The position numbers and the translations under genes are program-made. This document shows positions 13,620-25,232 of a stretch of 64,000 nt of DNA, one piece after another; the stretch's first letter is position 1; every line of letters begins with the position of its first letter. The DNA is from Lingula anatina. Its lineage: Eukaryota; Animalia; Brachiopoda. Under the pieces are notes generated by a model. That model worked only from the letters and a program-made list of their open reading frames with translations. It made no database searches and was not told the origin of the DNA. The stretch is from the NCBI GenBank assembly GCA_051362555.1, contig CM120643.1:17240848-17304847 (forward strand). Direction: 5' to 3'.

Positions 13620-13679
13620 CACTACCTCTGCTTACGTAGGCTCAGGTTAGGTATTCATCGGTCTTGGTTTGTCTACGCA

Positions 13680-13723
<44 letters not shown>

Positions 13724-13975
13724 TATATGTGTGCGCGCGTGCCTGAGAGTGGGAATCTGACTGTTTTCAAGTGGACAAGATATCTCAAATAATCTTCACA
13801 ATTTTTGATGAAATTGACAGGGTTGACATTTATTAAGAACAGAAAGACTCGATTACAGTTTCACTTGATTACAGTTTCACTTGCTCCCGATTACCGAATA
13901 TCTTTTGAATATTTTCATTACTTTTATCCTTGTATTGGAGGAGTTCTGCCGTTTGGGAATGCTTTCCAATTCTAC
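13620..13975 (+). mobile_element. Degenerate Helentron-associated (HINE/DINE-1-like) non-autonomous element
   Basis: The order 5' TACCTCTGC..., GTTTGTCT plus (TG)n microsatellite, CAAGATATCTCAAA...GATGAAATT core, then 3' GGAGGAGTTCTGC...TTCT follows the architecture I recall for HINEs. The termini are decayed. Confidence 0.5.
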
Positions 13976-14561
13976 AATTCATTGGACATTACAAGTTCTA
14001 CACCGTCAGGAAGAGAATGTATTATTCTGAAAATGTCCATCGAGAGAATGTCAATTTTCTTTCTTTTTTTTCAATAATGCCTATCTCAGCGAGCAGTTTT
14101 CGGTTCATGATCTCTGTAAGTGTTGGCTATTTATTCAACCAACTAAGGTTCTATGAAGTGTTTTGCAATTCCTCCTCTATTATTGAAATGCTAACAGTGT
14201 CTGAAAGTACTGGCATTAAACTGAAATGCCACCAGATAGGCGGTAGATTCTCATCGAAGGCCATGCTCTTCATTGGAGGATAATTTACTTGTTATTCGTA
14301 ACGACAAATATTCATGAAAATTGCGGAAATCGCATGGGACCCGGAGATAATTCAGGGGCAGCGGGCTACAAAATTGCGATTTTTCACAACAAAAGAAGTT
14401 ATCGACTGAAACGCTTGACAAGATTATTTGTGAATTTTAAGGGTGATTTGATTCTTTTCTGTCTATATTCTGCCTATATTCTGTTGCATACCGACAAATA
14501 CGAAACAATGCCACCAGAGATTCGTTTTTATTGAGTACTTTTGCTCTTTTTTTTTTACAAG

Positions 14562-14572
14562 GAGAGAGAGAG

Positions 14573-14611
<39 letters not shown>
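14562..14611. repeat. (GA)n microsatellite
   Basis: Direct reading. Confidence 0.9.
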
Positions 14612-14614
<3 letters not shown>

Positions 14615-15464
14615 GGGTGGTGGAAGAAGGTTGAGAAGATTAATACATTGTTATAACAATAAACTGATATATCTTTAATTTATAATAAAAACTCCTTGCA
14701 GTTTTTCTTCAACATCTCAAAAGCCCCCCCCCCAAAAAAAATTACTTTCATACGGAATTTCAGCCTAAATGGTAAAAGAAAATTAGATTTTCAAATATAT
14801 CTCCAATTATACGCAGATTAATACTTTACTTTCATTAGGCAGACAAATTGTGCGTTTGGGAAAAGCTCGAGAGGAGCGTTACTTAGCCATCTCCCTCCTC
14901 ATCCAATTTTATCCCTCCCTCAAGAGGGAAATTGAATTTCAAATCGAGCCTTCTTCCATCAAAACCAACACGACGACTCCAGTTTCTGCTACCGAAATCA
15001 ATAAAGTACGGAAGATGAATTGCAATAGGGAGATGATACCGCCTTAATTGTGCACCGCAGTTAAGGTTTATTTAACTTGATTTTTTCTCTCCCTTTATCT
15101 CTTGTCCTCAAGTTTCCAAATGGCTTAACTTTACTTTTCAGGGTGTACGCAACAGCACGTCCGTTTTAATGCCTTTTTAATAGACACAAAACAGCTGAAC
15201 ACGCCATCAATCCTTCCACAAACATCACTGCGAAAAATACCTGCTAATCGCTTAAAGAGGTAATTTGGGAAACTCACAAACAAAGTCAGCTTTGAAAACG
15301 ATGTATTTAACTTGATCGATGCGTTTTGAAGGACTTTATTCTTGTGACGCTCCACTTGCTTCCATTACTTTACATTTTTGTGCTGCTGTGTCGCGACTCC
15401 TGACAGCTGAGAAACGATGCGCAAATGGGGTTTTAATGAACTGCTGCTCGTAACTCGGTTCACC

Positions 15465-15467
<3 letters not shown>

Positions 15468-15546
<79 letters not shown>
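15468..15546. repeat. Compound (CT)n(GT)n microsatellite
   Basis: Direct reading. Confidence 0.9.
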
Positions 15547-15549
<3 letters not shown>

Positions 15550-16026
15550 TGCGTGCGCACATGGTTTCACAGTTTGTCATCATATTTCTGTTATGTCACC
15601 TAAAAGACATAATTTAAGGAGAGTGATGCTACACGTAAATCTGTTACAGCAAGACCAAAATGACAACAAATAAATATTTTTAAGCCCAGTAAAAATCACT
15701 CCAAAGTGAATATTACAAAAAGGTAAAATATATCTTACTACACCTATTTGCTTATCGGCATACATGTATACAGTGTACGCATTCACCTTGCTTTCTTGAT
15801 CTCCTGTCTTATTTTTAGCCGTGTTGCCGTGAATAAATTTACTTCGACACGACGATTAAAGAAATCACAAGCGCGACCAGGGCGAATCCTTTGAACAGAT
15901 TCCTGCCGTCTTAAATTTGTTTTTCATTTCATGCCCGGCATGGCACTAAAACATGCTAGATCAATCAAAGGGCGGAAATCCTGCTTTGGTGAAAATATCA
16001 GGTCTTTCTTCCTTCCTTCTCCCTCA

Positions 16027-16073
<47 letters not shown>

Positions 16074-17183
16074 ACCAACCGTTATGTGGTCAAAACAGTT
16101 AACTCACCTAGCGCGCCTTGTATATTCTTTTCCTCTATTTTTTTTTATTCGCAATAAGGTACAATAACCCAAGGCAGCCCTACGTACAGAAACAAGTACA
16201 GAAATAAGGACTGGTAGAATGCACTGTTGACACCAATCAAAACCTCGTCGCGTACTTTCTCCATTTCATGGTCTGCTAAATAAACAAGAGTTTCGTTAAT
16301 TCATGCCGGGATTATTTGTCTCTTCACAGCGTCCCCCCAATCTACGTTAATTCTGTCGCACTGGCCACGCCCGATGTTAAAATTCACTGGTTTGTTAAAC
16401 TGCTAGTATACAAGCAGACGACAGGCGGGTTGTCGGTATTAATTGACACCATATAATTTGATGGGACGCAGTGAATAACGCGGGTTGGTACACTGTTAAT
16501 TTTTTCTGAAGAAGTCATTTTAAATTTTTGTCTGTCCAAGAAAGATTTTAGCTTGGTAGCTTGGGGTGATCAGGGATGGTTGTGATATCTGAGATGAGCT
16601 GGGCATCTTTGTAATACCGGTCACTGCCCCGGAACACCCATCTGGGAATTTAGACCGTTTTATCATATTGATATCATGAATTTGGTCGAAACGCTTCAAA
16701 GACCACACAGAAAACTTAATTTCTTCCCTTCAAATTTCAACATTTTCCCTTTATCACCCAAGTGCACCATATTCAAAACCGGTCACAGGATTACGATCTA
16801 TAAACTTGAATTTAACAATTAAGTTTTTAGTTTCTTTGTATCTCTCGTAATGGAGATAGAGACTGGTGAAATTAATATTTGCGACGATAAAAATTTGAAA
16901 TTGAGGACTAGAAAAACGGGCTCAAAAATCGTACATTTCTCAACAGTTTTGGACACGGTATATATACATGTACCTTGGTGATTAAGGCAAACTTGTTGAA
17001 AATGTCCATGGTTTATACATTTTTATTAATTTGTTACATAAGGGGTTAACGCGCACTGAATCCTCCTAAAAGATGTAAACCCCTGCAGTTAACTTTGGCT
17101 TAAGGGGGAGGTTGGGGGGGCGGATAGGAAGCTTAAGCTCGCATCAGGGACGTAAATTGCACGTCCTTGGTCTCAGCGACTAA

Positions 17184-17417
17184 TGCCCCTATTTCACACA
17201 GACCACAAATCCCACGAATCGCCAGGAATTGACAAATTTCAGGATTCGTGGTTGAATCGTAATCAGTTCATGAAGTTCTTAAAAGATTCGCATATATTCG
17301 TAGTCAGTTCTTGCAAATCTTGATCAATCACGAACTGATTACGATTCAACCAGGAATCCTGAAATTTGTCAATTCCTGGCGATTCGTGGGATTCGTGGTC
17401 TGTGTGAAATAGGGGCA
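17184..17417. mobile_element. Foldback MITE, PIF/Harbinger-like
   Basis: ~90-bp inverted arms (TGCCCCTATTTCACACAGACC... / ...GGTCTGTGTGAAATAGGGGCA) with about 3 mismatches, flanked by TAA on both sides (17181-83, 17418-20). Confidence 0.85.
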
Positions 17418-18376
17418 TAACACAGCGGTGACCGGAGACATTTGGCACGTCTTGTCAGTACGCTGTAACGGGGAAACATACTACTGCATGTGTTTTCTGT
17501 GTTTTGAGTATGTGACGAGTTCTAAATGCGAACAAAAACAAGGGAAAACTTCGTTTAGCTGAATATTCTGTGATTACCAGAAAATTGATGCCGTATCCAG
17601 GTGTTTTCCTTCAAAGCAAAGCACAAAATATTGCAACCCACCAAAAATGAAAACAAAAACTTTATCTTCGAAGAACATTGTGAATTAAAAAGCAAATGAT
17701 CTTGAATACCGATGGCAAGCACAGTTTCCAGAATTCAAAATTGCTATATACGCCCTTTTGGTGAGTAAAATAGAATTTATAATATTTCTATCAGTTGTGT
17801 AATACGAATCTCATACGAAAAGTTGTCATCCCTGTTCTCTGGACCTCGGGGCAAGACGACACCCAAATGTCACCTGGCAGGCCTGTCGCATCACACTGAG
17901 GGTGGTTGACAGCGACTCGTCATCTTATACATTTGCCCACCCTTAGCCTGTCTGGAAACCTTACCCATTGTATTTAGTTATATCAAGACTAGTGTTCTAT
18001 TCATATTTAACACATGACTGGCTGACGTGAAAGAATGGATGACTCTGAATTTTTTATGTCCTTTTTTTATCTTAGACGGACAATTGGTCCATAGAAGACT
18101 TTCTTATAATCTTATATCTTGTGTTTACAGTTAACGGGATTTTGAAAAAAAGTGCAGATGAAAAGCTGCTTAATGGTGATCCCAGACAGTTTATAAAGGT
18201 AGGCCTGTCTTCTGTCGTTGCGTATAAATTCATAATATTAAACGGGTAGTTCATTGGGAATTTTTTAGCTTAAATCTCTTTCTTTTCAAATAATTTGCGC
18301 TAAGTCTTCCAAATGTTAAGTAGTGACATCCTTACTGTTTATCAAATATTGCGACACTATTGGCGCATAGGACAAA

Positions 18377-18419
<43 letters not shown>

Positions 18420-18504
18420 GAAAAAAATAGCGATGGGGTTGGGCCTCTTAACCCTCCGCGCTAAACACCTACCCATACGACCCCGACCCCTCCGGCACCC
18501 TCAG

Positions 18505-18690
18505 ACTACACAGGACAATACTGGATGACATAGCCCTACAGAACCACATAGTCATATCGAGGGCAAACCAGTCCCCCGAAACAATACACTCTTATAGGGC
18601 ATTACGGGCCAATACAGTCTCACAAGGAAAGATACAGTCCTACAAGACAGTCCAATATGGGACAACATGGTCCTATAGGACAATACAATT
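18505..18690. repeat. Degenerate ~19-20-bp minisatellite (consensus ~GGACAATACAGTCCTACA)
   Basis: Recurrent GGACAATAC / ATACAGTCC / GTCCTA(C/T)A motifs. Confidence 0.55.
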
Positions 18691-21035
18691 CAATACAACA
18701 CAATGCAGCACAAAAAGGGCAACACAGAAGAAACAATAAGTGCAAAAAACCCTATCATCTGCACATAATCATGGTTACAATAAAAATGAAATATAAATAA
18801 TTTTAGTTTCAGTATCGTGTACCATTATGGTCATTTAGTGTCCTCTGAGAAAAATTGTCAATTAAATTCGCCATCGTCACTCACTGACTTGGAAAGTAAT
18901 ATACAGTGTAAGAGTTGTTCAGTTTTAAATACACGCATGGCATTCAGGATAAAAAAAGTGGGAAATCGGGCTCATTATCGCGCGTAGACTAGTAAATGAA
19001 GCGAACTGATAGGTTCACCGGTTAAATAACCATGTACCAAGGCCGGTTCACATCACAAATCAGAACGGGTTCCATAACGTTCCATTTCTTTCCTCACTCC
19101 ACCAGCCAGCTGCGACAAATGAACGGTCACAACGTGACCCGTGAATGAGTGAATGGATACCACGCGTAGGTGGACCTCCACTAGGCTGGTTACCGTCTGA
19201 TCACAACAAATAATATGTGGCATCCAAAGATGCCCAACGTATCTCGTTCTGGCGTCGCCCGTGTGAACACACCCAATGAATTCGCTGATTACCTTGACAC
19301 CCCGTATCACACAAAACCCAATCGTATTCGGGGATAATGCGGTTAGAAAAAGTCCTTGGCAATTTTGTAGCATGGAACTATTAGCGCGTGATCTCGAGGG
19401 GAGCATTAAGACTCGGCTCTCTGACGACTGTTACAGTAACACCCATTAATCACGCACTTGTTAAGCATCGATTCTGTCTCAATATCCAGTCTCCCCCGCC
19501 CCTTGGTCTTTAACCGCGGCCCCGGAGTCCGCATTCGATAAAATCGTGGTGTTGTGAAAAGAAAAAGCTGGGCAAGCCGAGTGTCTACGAAGTGTGGGTA
19601 ATGTTCGCCGGAGTGTGGACGTGTCACCTCGACTCAGCTGGCCACAGTGTCGTGCAGGAAGCCACTTCAACAAATTGCATTAGATTTTAGCGTTTTGTTT
19701 TCACCTTGTACCATGTGTGAAGCTTTAGACGCAAACTATGGTAACATTCCTCGACGGGGCATGAAGTGATTTGAGCAAAGTACCCCCTTCCGTTCCCCTT
19801 GAAAACGTAAACTTTTTTAAAGACCTATTGCTGTTGAACATACCGGAGTTAAAAGCAAAATCAACTTGTCGGAATTATTGCGGAAGTGGACGTCATCTGT
19901 TTCATAGAAAAAGGACGGTAGAAATCTGGGAAATGACAGGTACTCCTGAAGTAGTATGTCTAGGAATGTGGCTGGGAGAGAAAATTCCTTGAAAATCAGG
20001 AAATCTCAATATCAGAACATTATACACAGCTTGTGAGTGTAAGACAAGGAAAGAAAAGAGCTTTAATGCTTATGAAATCACTGCGCTGCAATTTTTGTTT
20101 CTCACAACACAACTTGGCGCACTCAAAGAAAGGGTTTGTTCTTGGATGGCTTTGATATTCTCCTTTAAAAATTAATTAACGTCGTTTAATTACAGAAATG
20201 ATAAATCAGAATCGGCATTTTCCCCACAGCTTGTAAAAGTCAGTGTCGCAAGTCCAATACCTTTGATCTCTACAACCTCTAATTCTTGCTGTGTTATTTC
20301 AAATCACAGTCAATTAATGCGACTTTTATATTTCCCCATCCCCGACTAAATATATCTATCATCTTGCGGTTATTGCTACTTTAGAGTTATATATGATAAC
20401 AACGCCAGTTTATCACCCAGGACTATTACTTCTGTCGAAAATATTAGGGTGCCATACAAAGGACTACCCTCCATGACAGCGGTCAGTGTCGACTAGTAAG
20501 CACACACGACTAGTAAGCACACACGCTCGCCCACACACACACAAACACACACACGCACACATAAAGAATTTTAGTGCCATGTTTATAATCCCCACTGATC
20601 TTTGGCACACAAACATACTATCAAATCACACATTTTCTTCATTAAACTCTTGGAAGAAATAGACACACATACAATTGCATAATATGTGATATTGTACCAT
20701 TATGTATCAAGGGTGATATTTAAGGCATATTTACGCATGACATGGAGGATACAGTGTGAACCAAACAGGACCTTAGGTGCAGTATTTCTGTGATTTTTCC
20801 GACTCATTTGGTACGTTTACGTTGTACGAAGGTGAATGAACCACGTCTTCATTGTACTTATCAACTTTGACATTCAAATAAAGTCGCCTTTTAAAACAAG
20901 TGATACCATAGAGATCGGAAATTAATTTGACCAGTGTAAGTTCCACAGAGTTGCAATTGCATAATATGTTAAATTAAACAAAGCGACTCTGGCTTTCAGC
21001 CGCCATATCGCCAAACAAAACACACAATATGTGAT

Positions 21036-21260
21036 AATTATAAAACACAAGCTGAAACTTTTTCATACCGTTAGCTTACGGCCAACTAAAACGTACATGT
21101 AGGCCTTTATCAGACTGATGTAAGCAGATATTGTTACTCACTGCCCACTAGCTGGTTTAGTGGCCAGCATCCTCTTATATATGTCAGGTAGCTCGACCCT
21201 CCCCTACCCCGTCTTTATTCATGGGACTAAGGAAAATATTTCAGCTTGTGTTTTATAATT
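21036..21260. mobile_element. Inverted-repeat-bounded element (MITE remnant)
   Basis: Perfect 22-bp IR: AATTATAAAACACAAGCTGAAA (21036-21057) and TTTCAGCTTGTGTTTTATAATT (21239-21260). Confidence 0.65.
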
Positions 21261-24200
21261 AAATCATATATGGTCCACCTACCAAGCTAATGACCATTTT
21301 TGCTCAAAAACACATAATACATTTGTTGTCCTCAAAATGTAGTTTTGGCGTGTCATAACCGTTTTCTTCATCCACAAAGGGGTAATAATATTGTCAACGA
21401 ATATAACTTTGGAATAGTCCTGTAAAGTCCCAAGCGAATACCCGAGTGCTTGAGGTGGGAAACGGTTGAATGAGTCTGTCAGAGTGACTTACAACCGCCA
21501 TACCTCGTAATAAACGGCTGAATCCTTTGAAAACGTCAGAAGAATCTCATTTACGTTTCTTATTGACAGAGTCGTCATCCTAAATTACGTGTCTGTGGTA
21601 GTAATCAAACGGTCGAATGCTCTGGTTACGCAAAATATTTTATTGGAGATGAATGAGGTGACTGGTTATGACTGAAAATCGTTACGGACGGTCGCATGGC
21701 TTATCCCTTATCTGCCTTGGAGTAGAATCGGAGATTGGAAAAACGTCGTGATATAATTCAGATGGCTTATACGTATATGAGTCACGGTTATTGTTCTTTC
21801 GTCGGACTTTTGAACTTATTGTGGGACCTTGTGCGCTCCTCTCCTCTCCACTTTCTCCTTTTTCTCTTTCATTCTCTCTTGCACGAATCGCATCTCAGCA
21901 CCACCAACAAAACCATCTACAGAGTACATTTTCAGAATATTCTGGGCTTTCTTCTATCGGGCAGTATTACGCGTGAATGTTACTGGCAGTTGTAACATGG
22001 AATGCAACGCGTTTTAAAAGACCCGTGCAATCGTCCTTGTCGATCACACTCGTTATCGAGGACATTTTAACTTTCACCTTAAAGCAGAAGGTCGCATGCA
22101 GAATACATCTGAAAATGTGTAGACACCGTTTCCTTTCCCGTGGCCCAAGACACAATCCATTCAGTCCTCACTGGTCTTTTCAAAAAGGAACTACTTTCGA
22201 ATCAAGCGTGTATTATTTCCCCCCTGTCACTAGTTGGATGACAGAATTCAAACGGAGAGCGTAACATCGACGTTTTTCGTAAAATTCTGCCAACGAAAGA
22301 CTGGTTATCTCTCTTCGCTCGTGTCCGTTCTTTTCATTCCACACTTTACCGAAACGACTTTATGCTAAAGTTGCTAGATTGCACTGACGTCATAGACAGG
22401 CACTTTCTGGCGCTGACGTCACAAATCTGCACGCTCTTGTGATATCTTCTATCATTGCAACAGATAGTGAAAATGATTGTCGAGTGTTTCTTTAGCTCGC
22501 AATTACGCATTTTTATTTAACCAAAACTTTGTGTGAACAGATAATTTATCTCAAACACTTAAAGTCTTTTTAAATAGTAGTCTGTCAGCGTATTAGATTG
22601 CCAGAAAAAAAGGATAATTCAAGCACGACGGGCTATCTCTAATTTAAAGTTGCTTTAGTCGTCTTTGACGACCGGTCGTAAAGAGGGCAGGCGAGCGCAA
22701 TAGATCTGTTGTACATCGATCTAAATCAACCAACAAATACGAAAGTCGGTGTTGGGGGTTGAAAAAAGGGCGTTTTCGATTACGTGTTTCCGTGGCGAAC
22801 ACATTACCTTGAGCAATAAACTCAGTGAAGTCTTTGGGTGACCTGAACTTAGTTCTCGGCCAGGTGCTCTACAAAATCTGAGTCAACTGTATTGAAAATC
22901 ATAATGAAACAGGTGTGTGAATTAAGGAATATAATGCCGTAATACTTCGAGCTAATTCCTCGTATCTTCTCTGCTAGTTTAACAGAACATGATTAGATTA
23001 GCTAATTCTACTGGTAAACGAACAATGGCCACTTTAAGGGAGATCGCCATGTTTGATTTATAATTTACAAGCGGCGGGCCGGCGTAATGATAGCCCGGCT
23101 TATTACGTCATAATACACTGATTAAATCCGAAATTCGAATCCCAATCGGGAAGCCACTCATAAAATGTTGCTCTTTACTTCAAGGGTGGAATGTTTGTGC
23201 CATTAAAACTCGCATCCCGCTGTGAAAACCTGCGGCAATTAGCCCCGGAGTGCTTCAGGATATGAATTGCCTTTGGACTCGGAATATAGCCCCGTTGCGA
23301 GTTTTGGCATTAATTTGCTGGGGGCCAATGAAAGGTTCAGCAACTAAGATTATTGAGTGTTAATGATGCTGGGAATTAACATCGTTACAAATTTTCTCCG
23401 CTGCTGAATCGGAAAGTAGTGGACTTGGCTTAATACGTCTTCCAAAGAATAGGCCTGAAATCTAAATCTATTTTATTATTTATCGCCGTCAATCCCATAT
23501 TGCTTTTGCACAATATTGTTAGCGTACTTTAAGATACATATAATGTCTATACGTTTATTACTTATTTATGATTTTTGAAGCACAAAATGTGTATTGCATT
23601 TTGACTATAGAATACCAGAATTAATTATTTTTCTCCAGCCCGTTGGAAAAGTAGGAGTAAATCGGTAGAATTAGACGGTGAACTCGGGGCGGTTGTCCTT
23701 AATATCCCGTTTGTCAAGTTAGAAAAACAACTAGAGAAACAAATCGTGCGGAGTAACACCTCTTATTTGTAGATACTGAAGTATAACACCAAGTACTGAC
23801 ATTTACTGAAATTCGTTCATTAAGTAAAAAAAAATATATATATATGACAAATTGCCAAGAAGCGATACCGAAAATCCCGTCGACATTTCGCCCAAAGAGA
23901 CTGCTCGTCAGATACGTATTAATTTATCTGTAGTCCTGCGTGTCTTCAAATGGCGTGTCACGTCCTTGTTTTTTTAAGAAAAACAAGTTTTCTTCCCTGA
24001 CATAAGAATAATATTTCTGTGAAGAGAAAATACAAGGAATTTTGGCATGTTGCCGTGCACTTGTCCTAAGCAATTTGAGTAAAATATTGACTTAAAAACA
24101 TAAATTCGTAGGGCTCCTCTAAGTTAAGAGCTGGAAAAATTAATGAAAAGAGGTACAGGAAATATTGTCAAAGAGGCCAAGATATTTTTATCGTCGCACA

Positions 24201-25121
24201 AATTTCACGAACTTTTGCTTAAACTGACAAATTGACTAAGCCCATGCTAGTCTAACAACGTTAAGCACCAGTGAATGGAGGCTCTTCACGCATTATTAAC
24301 TTTTCAAAGCGAATTTCCTCTTTGGTTTGAGGATCTCTTCGGTGAAACGGCACTAATAGGTTAGCAATTAGTAACCTATTTATCAAATAAACGACTTTGC
24401 GCAGTTCCAGGGTTAAGCAAGTGTGTGCTGGTATGTAAATATGCATGCATGCACGGACGCGTGGACGCAAGTATGTATGAATACGTGTCCGTTCGTGGGT
24501 GTGGGCACGCGCTCTAACTCCGCGCATATACTTGCTAATGAACCTAGCGTCCAGGATGAAATGCCTTCGTACGGCGTGCAGTCCCCCGATGGACGAACAT
24601 TTCAGATTTGTTGCTAAATCTTTTATTCTTTTTAATTTTTTTATTTAATTTTTTTCAAATCCGTGAACTGAAATCTGGGAGGGAACAAGGACTGAGAGCG
24701 AGGAGAGCAATCTGGAGACAGGTGTTTCTCCGCAATTGGAAGGCGCTATATGGACACTTTCAGAACACGGCACTTCAAGCGTATCCTGGCACTTACGTTA
24801 CCAGTTAAAAGAAGGGTTCTCTTCCATGAATAACATTCCGTATCGCTTTTAAACATGTTTGCCATGTACTTTCCACATAACCCTGGTTATCACATTTAGT
24901 TATCCACTTCTCGCCATGTTTACGTGTCTAATGGAATTCCAAAGTTGGGTCTGGCACTTGGGGTGAGCAATAATTATAAGTGAACTGGAGAAGCCAACTA
25001 AAACAAACATACATACTGTTGCAAGAAATTTCGTAGTTTCAAAGGTCGTTCTGAAGGCACCTGCGTCTGATTTTAACCTGAGTGTATACTTGTCTTCTGC
25101 AGCCTGCATGTGCCCTTGTAC

Positions 25122-25126
<5 letters not shown>

Positions 25127-25218
<92 letters not shown>
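25127..25218. repeat. Compound (CT)n(CA)n(GA)n microsatellite
   Basis: Direct reading; the CT and GA blocks are mutually complementary. Confidence 0.9.
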
Positions 25219-25220
<2 letters not shown>

Positions 25221-25232
25221 ATGAGTTTAAAG

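Noticed and set aside
17830-17890. Minus-strand GDIWVSS peptide considered as APCDD1 exon 2
   Set aside because: No phase-2 donor follows; 27175-27316 fits the motif, phases and splice sites far better.
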